From NCBI GenBank assembly GCA_030704615.1, contig CM060731.1, positions 34,162,001-34,226,000 of the forward strand: a stretch of DNA of 64,000 bases, written 5' to 3'. Numbering within the stretch: position 1 is the stretch's first letter; each line of letters starts with the position of its first letter. Shown here piece by piece: positions 13,290 through 25,000 of this stretch. The notes beneath the pieces are model-generated. The model was given only the letters and a program-made list of their open reading frames with translations, was not told the origin of the DNA and did no database searches. The DNA is from Takakia lepidozioides (taxonomy: Eukaryota; Plantae; Bryophyta). Made by a program: the position numbers and the translations under genes.

Positions 13290-13470
13290 ACTTAATGAGA
13301 GGAGAAAATAACCTCTTCCAAATTAGCCACGCCCCCAGGCGCCAAGCTCAAGGGACACCGCCCAAGGGAAGGGGAGGAGAAGATAATACGATAATACCAC
13401 ACCGGACAAGGCAGTCAAATTTGAACCCGGAATCACTTGGGTGGTACTCAGTGCTCTATCCAATGAGCCT
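13290..13470 (-). mobile_element. tRNA-derived SINE, copy 3 (more diverged)
   Basis: GCTCATTGGATAGAGC ... CCGGGTTCAAAT; shares GAGAGGAGAAAATAACCTC and GACACCGCCCAAGGGAAGGGG blocks with copies 1-2. Confidence 0.65.
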
Positions 13471-16400
13471 TCTTTTTCCTTAAAGAAAACAAAACAACGA
13501 TATGTTTTCTTTTTCTTTCTCTTTTTTAGAGAACAGGGGTGAAGCTTAAGTAGAAATCTAATAATTTTGTTTCAAACCTATTATATTATATTATTATTTT
13601 AAATTAAGTTTTTAGATTTTGTTTTTTCAAAACCCCCTCAAATCAAAGCAGCTGCCAGGGATCTGCCCGAACAAACCATAGTTGGAGTAAGTCAGGCTCC
13701 ATGAAACCCTATCCCTGTGTGTAAGGGGCTATGAAAATCAACCGGGCAGGAACTTTACCTGTCTTATGGAGAAGGCAAACTCTGCCCGGGCAAAAGCTGG
13801 AATATGATGTTCAACCTATTCCTAGGGAAACAATGGAATCTGTCGAATGGGGTTCTCCGAGCAGGAAGGCACTAAACTCTAAGGAAATTTTACAAAGGAA
13901 ATTTTCAGCCAGCCCAGAACGGAACAATGCCGGTTGGCCACCCTAACACGACAGGATTCACAAAAGATAATTGCCCGCACCGTCCCTATTGAGAGCTCCG
14001 TTGGATGGTGAGAAATGGCATGTGGGGGACATGTGCGTTTGACGTGGACGAATGGATTTACACACCGAAGTTTTCCGGAGCTGGTCTCCCGCTCCGTGCC
14101 TCAGGGCGAGAGTGGACATTTTGTAGCTTAGCCCACCATGACCCGGACCGACCCTATATCTCAAGGTAGACCTAGCTTTGAACGGGCCTTACACCGGCCA
14201 TCATGGTGGATAAGGGCAGGCATGCCCTGAGGGCAACCCGCCTCCGAACCCACCATGCGTGAGCAGGCATGCGCCAAAGCATAATGGATTGCACTTACCA
14301 GCTTCCGAGTTAGCATATATACACAGTATGTAGAAATGTCTACTTCCCCGTAATGCATGACTAATCAGCCATTCTAGGGCAAATGGCTACAAATTTTGAG
14401 TGGCTCCGGAGGGAGTGCGGAATGATGCAAGCAATGCGAACGATCATCGTGCAGAGGTAGGTGGTGAGCGGGGTGGGAGCGTCACGATAAACTACCTCGT
14501 GGAAACTTGCCCGGACTGAAGTGGACTGAAATGGAAGTGTACATTGCGGTGACATCAGCCAATTTGCCCACCGTCCCTTTGTCGGAGTGGACTCTGTCTT
14601 AGGGCCGGATAAGAGCTGCTTCTGTACATGTTCTTATCAGCACTTGCCTTCTGGCTCGCAAAAAGAATCTTTGGGGAGTGAGGATGGTAGTTTTTACAGC
14701 ATTGTTTTTAGCGGCAGGAGTCTGTGACTTATGCGAGAGGACAGGTTGCCGTGGACGGGAAAATGATTTCATGCATTCATTGAGGCATCGTCCAATCATG
14801 CGTGGCCTGGCTTGAATGGGAAAGTGTGCGAACGGATGTCGTGCAGCCTGAAAACACGTCTGCGACGGAACGGTGGGCCTGTGGAGGCACATGGTTGCAG
14901 GCTGAGTGTCTTCCAGTGTGCAGATAGTTGTCGAGTTTGTGGAGTAAAATATGGCATGGCAATGGAATGATAGGCCTATCAAACAAGCTCTAATTTAGGC
15001 TCATTTTGAGTTCGTAGTCAGTTCTTTCTACAGATAATACTACTTTTCTTTAAGTTGCAACAAGTTGCAGGACGATATATGAGATAGGGGGCATGTATCA
15101 TAGGCTCTAGAGTCAGCTAGTTTTTTTGCTGTTGGGAAATTTAGGAGGCAGTGCAATTTTCAGTATAGATTTTTTATTTTTTCTTTTGTTGTTGTTCATT
15201 AAATTATGTGTGATGATGAACTGGGACCATACATCTATATATATGTAAGTGGTGGAGGTCTACAAGTTGCTCTACATTCTCATTGATATGCTTGTTTTGT
15301 GAATTAGTGCCATAAAGCGCATCCCCTAGAAGGGGGCAAAATGCAAACAACTTGTCCGCGTAGAACAAAATTGAAAATGTTATAGTGCACGCAATGTCCA
15401 AACTTGTACTCGGTGATTGTTGAAATTATTAGTTGAATATTGTGACTTATCGACGATCATCATAATTAAATCAATACAATTTTTATTTTTATTTTTAGAA
15501 ATGAATTACCTTGCAACTCCCCCCCTCCTGAGATTAATTGGAAGCACATTCGTGACGTTCACACTCTCACTTGCATTTCAAGGATTAGGTGTCATGCATC
15601 AACCTGTCTACACTCCATTCTTTGGATTTGTTTCCCACACTGACAGTTTCTTGTTTATTCACAATTAAGGCCCTTGGCTTCTATCTATGCCTTCGGTTTG
15701 ATTTTGGTGAGGTGGCTCCGGCCCCTAGCATTGTTATGTGCATGTACTTATGGCTTATAGGGCTTTTCTTTTTTCTTCTATTCTTTAAGGTTACTGGGAT
15801 CATACAATCATACCGTTTTTTTTTTTCCAATATTTAAAAACAAATCCCAACAAATCTTTTGAGGTTATTTTTTCCTCATTTTATAAATAAAATTCTCATG
15901 GCCTCTAACCCCTGTTGACCAAAAATAAAATAAAATAAAAAAATAAAATCCCAATACTATTATAAACTAGCAATTTTTTTGCATTAGCATCAAATGAATC
16001 TTTTATCTCCGCTATCATTAAAAAAAAATGGTAATATATAATTTTGAGCCTTTTCAACTTGGCACTTCATATGTGCATCATTCAATGCTCATTTTGAGTT
16101 TTTGGACTCTTAGGAAGGTTGACTCTTACCGGAGGAAGCATAACTAGTTATGTTGTCATTTCACCTCAAGGGCTATTGCACCTATCATTTGGAAAGTTCT
16201 GAAATAAAAATCCATGACATTGATGGTGCTAATGAAGTTTAAAGTGCACATCCAAATCCAGTTTATATGGAGATCCTATTAGATACCCCACTTTCATATT
16301 TATCAAACTCAAATGAGAGACAAATAATAAAATTTTCAAATGTTTGACAGATCTACGAGGTGGTAATTATGACTATCTACATTATTTTGGGCCACTGTCC

Positions 16401-19067
16401 CCTGTTCACTATATATATATATATATATATTTGGAGCTGATTTTTTTGGCATCACTTACATTTCTTAAAGAATGATGCTAAAGAATTTGTGTTAGTTTTC
16501 ACCAATTATATACCCACAATGTGAAATATTATAATATAGGTTATCTCCAACGATCCATTATCTAGATCATCATTCACCAATATAATAGGTAAGATGATGA
16601 ATTAATCTTTAAATAAATGATTTTGCTTGAAATCTTTCCGATTGACTCTATGAGAGCATAGAATTGGTAATACTTCAAGATAAATCTAAATTTGTTTGAC
16701 AATACTATGCATAGTTAATATCATGTCATACCTTAATCCTAAGTATTTTACATGAGTTTTGTACTCGCCTATGATGACACAAGTACTTTATTAACCTGTA
16801 AGTTATTAGCAAGGCTCACTCATCCTTGAAAAATGCTTTCAAACTCTCGAATAAAGTCTAATGTTTGACTCGACGTGATCACAATTTGAATGATGAATGT
16901 AATTCTTTTTATGACCGTATACCTTGTGTGCAAGTTTTCTGACTGTGTTTAGATTCGATTGAAAACCTCTTTTGTGACGTGACATTGGTAACTCCCATCT
17001 TGAGCACATTCACAACACACTACACTCAAACCATTTGCAAGCTGATTTGTTTTCTCTTGGTTTACTGTGTAGTAGACCATCCCTTTACAATTGGTCGTTT
17101 TTCTTTAGCTTGGTTAATGCTTGGTAATCTAGTATGTGTAGATGTCTGACTTTTCTGGCCCCTTGATACCCCACATACCCCAGGGGTACCCCCTAGGGTT
17201 CCTAGTGGTTGATGTCATTCCACCTTAAACTTTTGGGTTTGGAATGTTGCAAAATATTCAGATTTCTTTGGTTTGAAGTCTTGTAGTAGTCTATATTTCA
17301 AAATACGACAGAAATTAATTATCCACCTCCTCTTTATTGGCCAAATTCACCATACATTTTCTCGCTGATCTAAAGCACTCCATGTCGCTCAATGCATTAT
17401 GTAAACTTGACATGCCTATCATGAATTAATTGACTACTCTTGGCAATGGAATGTTCACGTGCTGCAATCTTTTTCTAGTCCATGAGGAAAATATGTCTGG
17501 TGATGGGCCGCCTGTATACGGGAAATCCCTTAACTCGTGTCACCTTCGATAATATCGTCTGTATTTATGTGGAATTTGCTCCAAATCTCAACTTGCTACA
17601 AACCTCTCATCAACCCCAATTTCAGCAACCTAATTATTCAATTTCACCGTCTTGACATAGGAAGTTGCTAGAGAGACTTGTGATAGTTTGAAGAAAATGG
17701 TTCATTGTCAAGTTATGGATGTTCCATGACACAGTAAAAACGATCGTGCGGGTTTCGAAATTGTCTGGATTTGGGCAAAAAAGGAGAGAGGGAGAGGCTC
17801 CAATGGAGCATGCATATTTTAGAGAGGATGATTGCGTTGTGGTTTGACAAATTAAAAGTGTGTCAACTTGATGTCCACTATGTCATCACCGTTTATCCTA
17901 ATTGTTATATCAGACGTTTGCATAACAACGTCTCGTGCCCACCTCTCCTGTGGTGAAGCACTATCAAGAACATATGAGGGGATGGATGTTCAAGTCCAAT
18001 CACGTGGAGATTATAGTGTACAAACTCGTGACCACAAATGGTAGCACAAGCTGTACTACCATTCTGTTGACACCAATTTCGTGAATGACTACACACTATA
18101 CCAACAAATTATAGTAGCAAGAGGTCGCACCCCTATCACATTGCTTTTCAATTTAGAGGTGGCTAATGGTTTGATTCGTGGGCGAGTTGGTCCCACATAT
18201 TACATAAACAATCATGCCATGGGTGCGTATAGTGAATCCCGAGGCACTCCACCTATCTATGAAAAAGTAGTTGGAGAAGGAAGTGTGTGGTGCAAGGCAG
18301 AGGTACTTATGCTTTGTGTATGGAGATGTCCCCCTTTGCTTGGGGACATGCTTTGTGAAGCATCATGGTGGAGGCTGATCTATGTGAGCTCCAGTTGATT
18401 GACTAATGTGTTTTGTTTGCTGTTGCAAAGATGAGGTAGCTGTTGAAAAGAAGGGAGGGATACCCTCTTTTTAATTCCCTTCGTCGCTTGTGATGTTGTG
18501 TTTATCTTTAAATAATGTGGTTTACTTAACTGTTAGTTAGTTGCTCCATGCTATTGTTGGCTTTGAAGAGGTTATATTAAAGGGTCATAAGCTAGTGAGT
18601 CGCTTGGACAGATTTGGGATTGGATAGAGAGTCGCTTGGATAGAAATCGTATGACTAGAAGACAAGGGGTCACTGGGATTGTGACTGCTGATAAGTCCAA
18701 TGTTTTGGGCTAATATGCATGAGTTGTTGATGTGGTCTGTTAGTGGGAACTTGAGCATATGACAAAATTTTTACATTTGTATGTAGTTTGATACATTTAA
18801 GAAGACAAGTCTTGAACAACAATATGTGTTTGAATCGAAAGGTAGTTCATAATTTGCATGGTAGGGTTTAGCACTTTTTAGTTTGTTAGCTACACTGAAA
18901 CAACTGGTGTTCAGAATGAGTGTAGTCCCTATCCAAGTGGGTATATAGACAAGGGGGAAGACTAGCTCCCCCCTTCTATATAGGTATGGACTGTCAAAGG
19001 GGCAGTATAGTGGGTTAAAATCTCACTATGCATTTCAGCGTGTAGGCCATGTTGGTGAAATGGAGAG

Positions 19068-19230
19068 ATAAAGATAAAGATAAGATAAAGTATCTTTAAC
19101 GTCCAGTGAATTTACAGAGCCTACTACCCAACACAGACGGTTTGAAGGCACATGTTGAAGGATTGAACCCAAGATCACCTAGGTTATGCACACGCAAGGC
19201 ACAAACACCCGACCACTGGGCTACATGCTC
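19068..19230 (-). mobile_element. tRNA-derived SINE with LINE-like 3' tail and (TTTATC)n
   Basis: TAGCCCAGTGG A box, GGGTTCAATCC B box; ends ...GGACGTTAAAGATAC(TTTATC)n. Confidence 0.65.
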
Positions 19231-19416
19231 ATGTGAGCATAGGCTCACCGCTCACGATCTAGTATCCCTTTACCTGCTCAAGTGCACAGAAGAGAGTTCA
19301 ATTGCAGAATCACGGGGTGCCCTCCGGGCATCCACCAGCTTTTTATAGGGCGCACCCTCGGAAGGGGGCAGTAGCCACAAGGTGAAGTGGCTCTTAGTTA
19401 CGCTGGTTTCGGTCGG

Positions 19417-19421
<5 letters not shown>

Positions 19422-19455
<34 letters not shown>
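19422..19455 (+). repeat. (TC)n microsatellite
   Basis: Direct observation. Confidence 0.9.
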
Positions 19456-19462
<7 letters not shown>

Positions 19463-21121
19463 CAGCTTGTCGATATCACCTAGGAGGGCAGTTCTGACCA
19501 CCTGCAATGATATCAAGCAGCAGAGAGGAATCCGCAGCTTGCCGGGTAGACCATGCCTCCTGGGACCTTGCCAATGTTGTTGTGAGTTGCCTCCAACATC
19601 TTGGCAGCGGCCAACTTCATATCTGCTGCAGGGGGGTTCTCCGGAAGCCCACCAGGACCACCAGATCCAGCCTGTATGCTCCGGGTTTGGGGCTTGGGGA
19701 TCTCCGGGAGGATGTCATCCTGGTCAGAAAGGTCCATCTCCTCCTCCTCATCTCTGACATGCACCGCCGGAAGCTCGTCATGGCCTTGCATTGTGGCAAG
19801 TGCGTCTTCCCCTCCACCTGCCCCATACCGTGGTGTGTGTGGTGTTTTCTCCCCTCCCTCAGTCCCCAACCTATGAGAAATTGCACCTTCTGCTCCCCGG
19901 TGCGATGGTGTAATCGGCAACGTTGCAGTTGATGTCTTAGTCGCTCTGTCTGGTGTCTTAGGGGGTGCAGGTGTCTTTGTGCCTCTCTCGTTTGTCAATG
20001 TATGTGACACTGCCTTTTCACTGGCCTTTTCTCTTTCTTCTTTCTTTACACCAAGAACATGTTGTGTATATGCTTTTAAATGACAATTTCATACCCCTTC
20101 TCATTTTACCAAATGCTAACTGCTGTAATGAGCTCCAATTTCTGTAATCCTAGGCTTGTTGGAACAAGGCTGTCGTGGGGATCAATTGTTGCCTGCAGTG
20201 TTCCCAACCAATGTCATCCCCAAATGCAAAAATCCACAAAATCCAATTTTTTTTTCAAATTTTCTTTTGAAAATCCCCAAAATGGGGCCCATATACAATG
20301 GTGGGGTTTTTGCTTGACAAGTCCGATTGGCCAGAAATTAGGCCAGTGGTAGCTGGCTCCATATTGTCCGGTCAAAATTTCAAGATTCAGGTTTTTCCAG
20401 AGATTACAAGGTTTTTATTGGGCGGTGGTTTTTTGAGAGGGAAAGGCAGTAGAAAAATCCAGCACGATGGATTAGACACATGTGGTAGTACTAGTGTGGT
20501 TTAGGTTTCCCAATGCCATGGTACACAGGCTTTCAGAACATTATATCGATACAGCCATGTGCAATTTGGTGCTCTTTCACTGTTGCAGCTTTCCTACTGT
20601 GCAATATGCCCATCATCTCTCCTGGTTACATGCTTCATCTGCTCCTTGTTGTATCTGGCACATTTCTGGCCTGTTTCTGTTTCCAAAGGGAGTATTGTGA
20701 TTGGTTAAGAAATGCTCTTTACTAGGTGTTCAATAAACATCGACAGAGTGCCTGGGCAGAATATTGGAGCACCTTATCGTATTATATACTTGTGACATAG
20801 TATACCATGATTCAAAACTATCACCATTTGTTGGCTCTCTTCTAGAGAGAGACTAGGCATCATGTGGTAGTCAATGACGAAAATGTGGTCAAAGGACCTT
20901 ACACCTTGTCAAGGCACCGACTGGTGTGTTGTGCTGAGTCGTGCTCCCTAGTCTTACCTTCCTCTTATGTTTTGCCAAAGCAAGAGAGCCCATTGCTGTT
21001 TGAGGTGTGTTTTTAGCTTGGTCTTTTTCTCTTAATGCAACTGTCTTATGGGTACATTCCTAATGAAATTGATATATCTCAGTACAACCCATTTAGGAGG
21101 GAGGTCCTCACAACCGCATTG

Positions 21122-21202
21122 TCTATTCCCTTTTATTCTGCCCAAACTGGATGCGGGGTCTATGGCCACAAGGCTTCGGCAAATGTTGTCTTATGAGTAC
21201 AT
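21122..21202 (+). mobile_element. LINE family B 3'-terminal ~80-nt copy
   Basis: Homologous to 24960-25040, ending TTATGAGTACA. Confidence 0.7.
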
Positions 21203-22047
21203 TCTCGAAGCAATGAGGGGCCTTGTCTCCTTTTCTTGTTTAAAACAGAAAACCGAGTTGCACAACAGAGAAAACATTCTAGCAGTAACTGCTACCTACT
21301 CTCTCGGAGCCCTGGCATACTTGATTTGTCTGAGTTCTTGTGATATTTAGAGATTACCATCTAATTTACTAGGTTATGTACTTCACACGTACCATTTATG
21401 GGGCTACCTTCGTCCCTGACTGTGGGAGATAGCCACCCATAGAAACAAAGATACATTCCACAAGCTCTGGAAGGAATCCATCTGCAATTAAAGTGGAGTT
21501 CATAGAAGCCTGCACAGTAATCCAGCATTTCTTGTTCATTGACACATAAATAATTATCATTTATTGCATAGAAAATTGCCATCTGATGTCGTTAGTGCTG
21601 TGGCAAATCCTCCATTCGTAGAAAATTTCATGGGTATGCAAGCCATAGACAGGCAAAGAATGGTGCCAGGGAGTGGGCTGTGGCTGTACTTGGCTGTCCA
21701 TTTTTCATAAGGGCCACTGTCTCCTGTTGCAAGACAGGAATTTTTAGGCAGCTTCTTATAGTCCCACAGATTGTTATCGCCTTGGAGATTTGGAAGGCCA
21801 GAGGTACTGATGTTTGAGACAGTCCCTCACCCACCTGTAGGTGGAGCAGGTAGCATAGTCTCCCATATATGTGTGAATGGATATCAATCCGTGATCAACA
21901 GTGTGATCACAATCACTGGGCTATTGGTTGTAACCTTCGAAGTCGGATAGGCAGGCAGAGTAGATGAGTTTTGATAAATGTGTTTCTTACAAAGAATATA
22001 TCAAAGCCAAGTCAGAGAGGTGGATGAACATACCGGAGAGTTCCTTG

Positions 22048-25000
22048 TCACACAAGACGTGGAGGTGAGAAGTGGACGTTTCCGTCTGGGAATACAATCT
22101 TCTTCTGTCCATCAGGCCAACACTCCTCCACCTGCATGTATCCTCAGAGAATGGGTGCAACACATTCTCTCTTCCAGATACTCCAGATTATAGAGACAAA
22201 GTTCTCATTGACCATTCCCTGGAAATGTTGGCTATGAGGGCTTGCCCCCATCAGATACTCACCCTCCTGTGGCTTTCGTAGTGTCAGCCACCCAGTGGAA
22301 GTGGTAAAAGGGGAGGAGAAGAACACAATGGCTGCATATACCAAGCTGGACAAATCCGTTCGGGTAGAGTGTGAACCACAGAGCATGTGGTGCAAAATTG
22401 GAAAACATTTAAGACAGGCTGGAAGGTTTCAGAAGGGGATTGTCACAGATTTAAAAAAAAGGTCTCTGTGAAACTGGGATTGGAGGTGGACTGGTGCTCT
22501 GGTACCCATGTCCACTGCGTATATAAACCTGCATGGTCTGGGTGAGAAGAGAAGACACTTCCCAAACTGTTGACCACAGGTCTTGTGTATTACTCTCCTA
22601 CTCTGGTTAGTCTCATGAAAGTACATAATGCTTGCTTCAGCAGATAATGCTCTGGTAGTGATCAGAGCCTACCCAGGAAGATGACGATTCTGAATAAAGT
22701 TTCAATCTCCGACTGCATGGTGTTGAACTTTCCCTACATAATTACATAGGGTGTGCTCTATCAGTGATCTTTGCAAGAAAGAGACAGGCAGTGGTTCCAA
22801 CCAGTCTGTCTAGTCTATATCCGAAGGTGGGTGTATACATACCCACTCCCAGACGTCAATACGCTACCTCAATCTATACTGCGTAGCTGAAACAAGCATT
22901 TGTCACTAGCACTCATGTCATGTTGAAGACCCTTCGTCTTCTGCATTAACCTGCCAGTGAAACTCCTTCGCAAACTTCTCCAAAAGAGTAAAAGCAGTGG
23001 GGGCTGTCAGCAAAGGGTCATCAACATAAATGAAGGGTTGAGAGGTCCCACCGCTAGGATTTTTGCCAGTAACACTTGTACATTGGCTGAACTCCTTGAG
23101 TGCATTGATGAACATTCCATGGAGTGGGTAGCATTGTTGTGTATGTTTGCAAACTCATATTACTTCATCGGTGCCGCCATGGTTCGTATGAGTATGTGAA
23201 GCAAGGTAAAACTAACAGAAGAGTTGTCTCAAGAGGTGCTGAACAACAAAGATGCAAGCTCTAGGAACAGAACCAGCTGCTTCTGTAAACTCTATTAGTA
23301 AATGTCCAACCAAAGCTCAAAGAGCTTTTGGGACAAGTGAAAGAAAGAAACAAGAAAGAGAGAGGCCCCCCCACAAGCAGCCCAAAAGCAATTATTGCTC
23401 AAGGATTGTAGAAGGGTCCACTTTGGGTGGAAAGGCTTGTAACCTTGTAAGAAATATTGTAAGCTGGACGATGCCTCGATTTGAACTGGTATGCATGCAA
23501 ATTCCACACGTAGAATTTGCAATGGTGTTGTAGCTCTAGCTCCAAGTATTCCTTTGAGTTCCAAATTTTTTCCTCACCAGGAAACTAGGACACCAGGTGC
23601 CCAGAACTCACAGCTACAAGCAGCGGCAGGTGTGACGAAATATAGGAAAAGACAAGAAAAGAAGTGAAATGAATGGTACTTTATGATGTCAGCGGGAAGC
23701 TCAAAGAGCTTATGGGACCAGGAAGGAAGAAACAAGAAAGAGAGAGGGACCACAAACAGCCCAAAAGCAACTAAGTTCAAGGGATTGTCTAAGAGTCAAT
23801 GCTTGATGCAGGTAAGCTGCCAAGCATTTCTGATCCTCGTAATGAAAGACCTCCATGAGAAATTGGGTATCCCGGAATAAACACTTGATTTCCCATGGCT
23901 CTCATAGTATAAAGGGCAGTGAAAGAAGAAATGTTCGTCACTTCCGCTTTCTCAGTAGTTCCAGTGCAAGTGGGGTAAAGGGGGTTGTCACGTTGCAGAT
24001 TTTCCCACCTACCAGTCTCTATCTGCAGACTCTGAGGTTAAGAAAACCATGCTTTGTCGCGTTATTAGACCTGCCTTGGAGTACGGATCTGCTATATGGG
24101 TTGATAACTCCAACCAGGCTAAGTCTCTAGAATCCATTCAAGTGGGGGTGCTTAAGGAGTGTATGTCAGCATGCTCCAAAACAGCCAATGTGGCTGTTCG
24201 GGGTGAGTTTGGCATTCCGTCCTTAAGCTCCCGACGAGATGAATTCAAGGTCAGATGGTGGGGTCAGCTGCAACATATGCCCAACACCAGATATCCTAAG
24301 TTAATTGGAAACAGGACCGCCCTGTCAAACAGGCTAAGTCCTGGCAGAAGAGAGTAGAAGAGATCCTCAAGGACCTGGACCTGGATCCGCAAGTCTTGAC
24401 CCTGCTGGATAAATCTGACTTAGAGGCTGTAGTGTCCTCAGCCATGTCTGTTGCCATGAGATTATCTGATGAAAATGAAGTTAGGCAGAAAACTTCCCTG
24501 AACTTGTTTCCAGTCTGTGACATGGGGGAGGACATCTTGGATGACCTCAAGGGTCTACCCACTCTCGGCACTAGACTGAAATTTAAACTCAGGGCAGGAA
24601 GCCTACCTTTGAACAGCAAACAGAAGCAGAGAGGAAAGGGAGAGTGCAATTGCCCGTTGTGTGGGCAATCTGAAGACAGTATTCATTTTCTGATACACTG
24701 TCCGGGGTTCTCTCACCAAAGAGACGCTCTCTTCAAATCTATTAAGGGTATTGTGCCTGTACCCCTGTTTACCAACTTTGAAAGTCTCGAGGCTGAGCCA
24801 AAAGCCCAGGCCCTCCTGAGGCCTAGTTTTTGGGCAAATCACACACAGCAGATTGATGCTTGTGTGAAGAGATTTCTAGAGGATATCTGGAAAACCCAGA
24901 TTAATTCTATATATGGAGGTAAGTCTTACTACCAACGTCAGCCCCTGACAGAGGTAGGTTCTGTCCCTTTTGTTCCCGCTCAAACTGGGCGCGGGGTCAA

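Noticed and set aside
19000-19020. piggyBac end (GGG-TTAA)
   Set aside because: No matching TTAA-CCC terminus with a complementary TIR was found.
19513-20010. 165-aa ORF as a host gene
   Set aside because: Low complexity, no domain or supported exon chain, and located among repeats.
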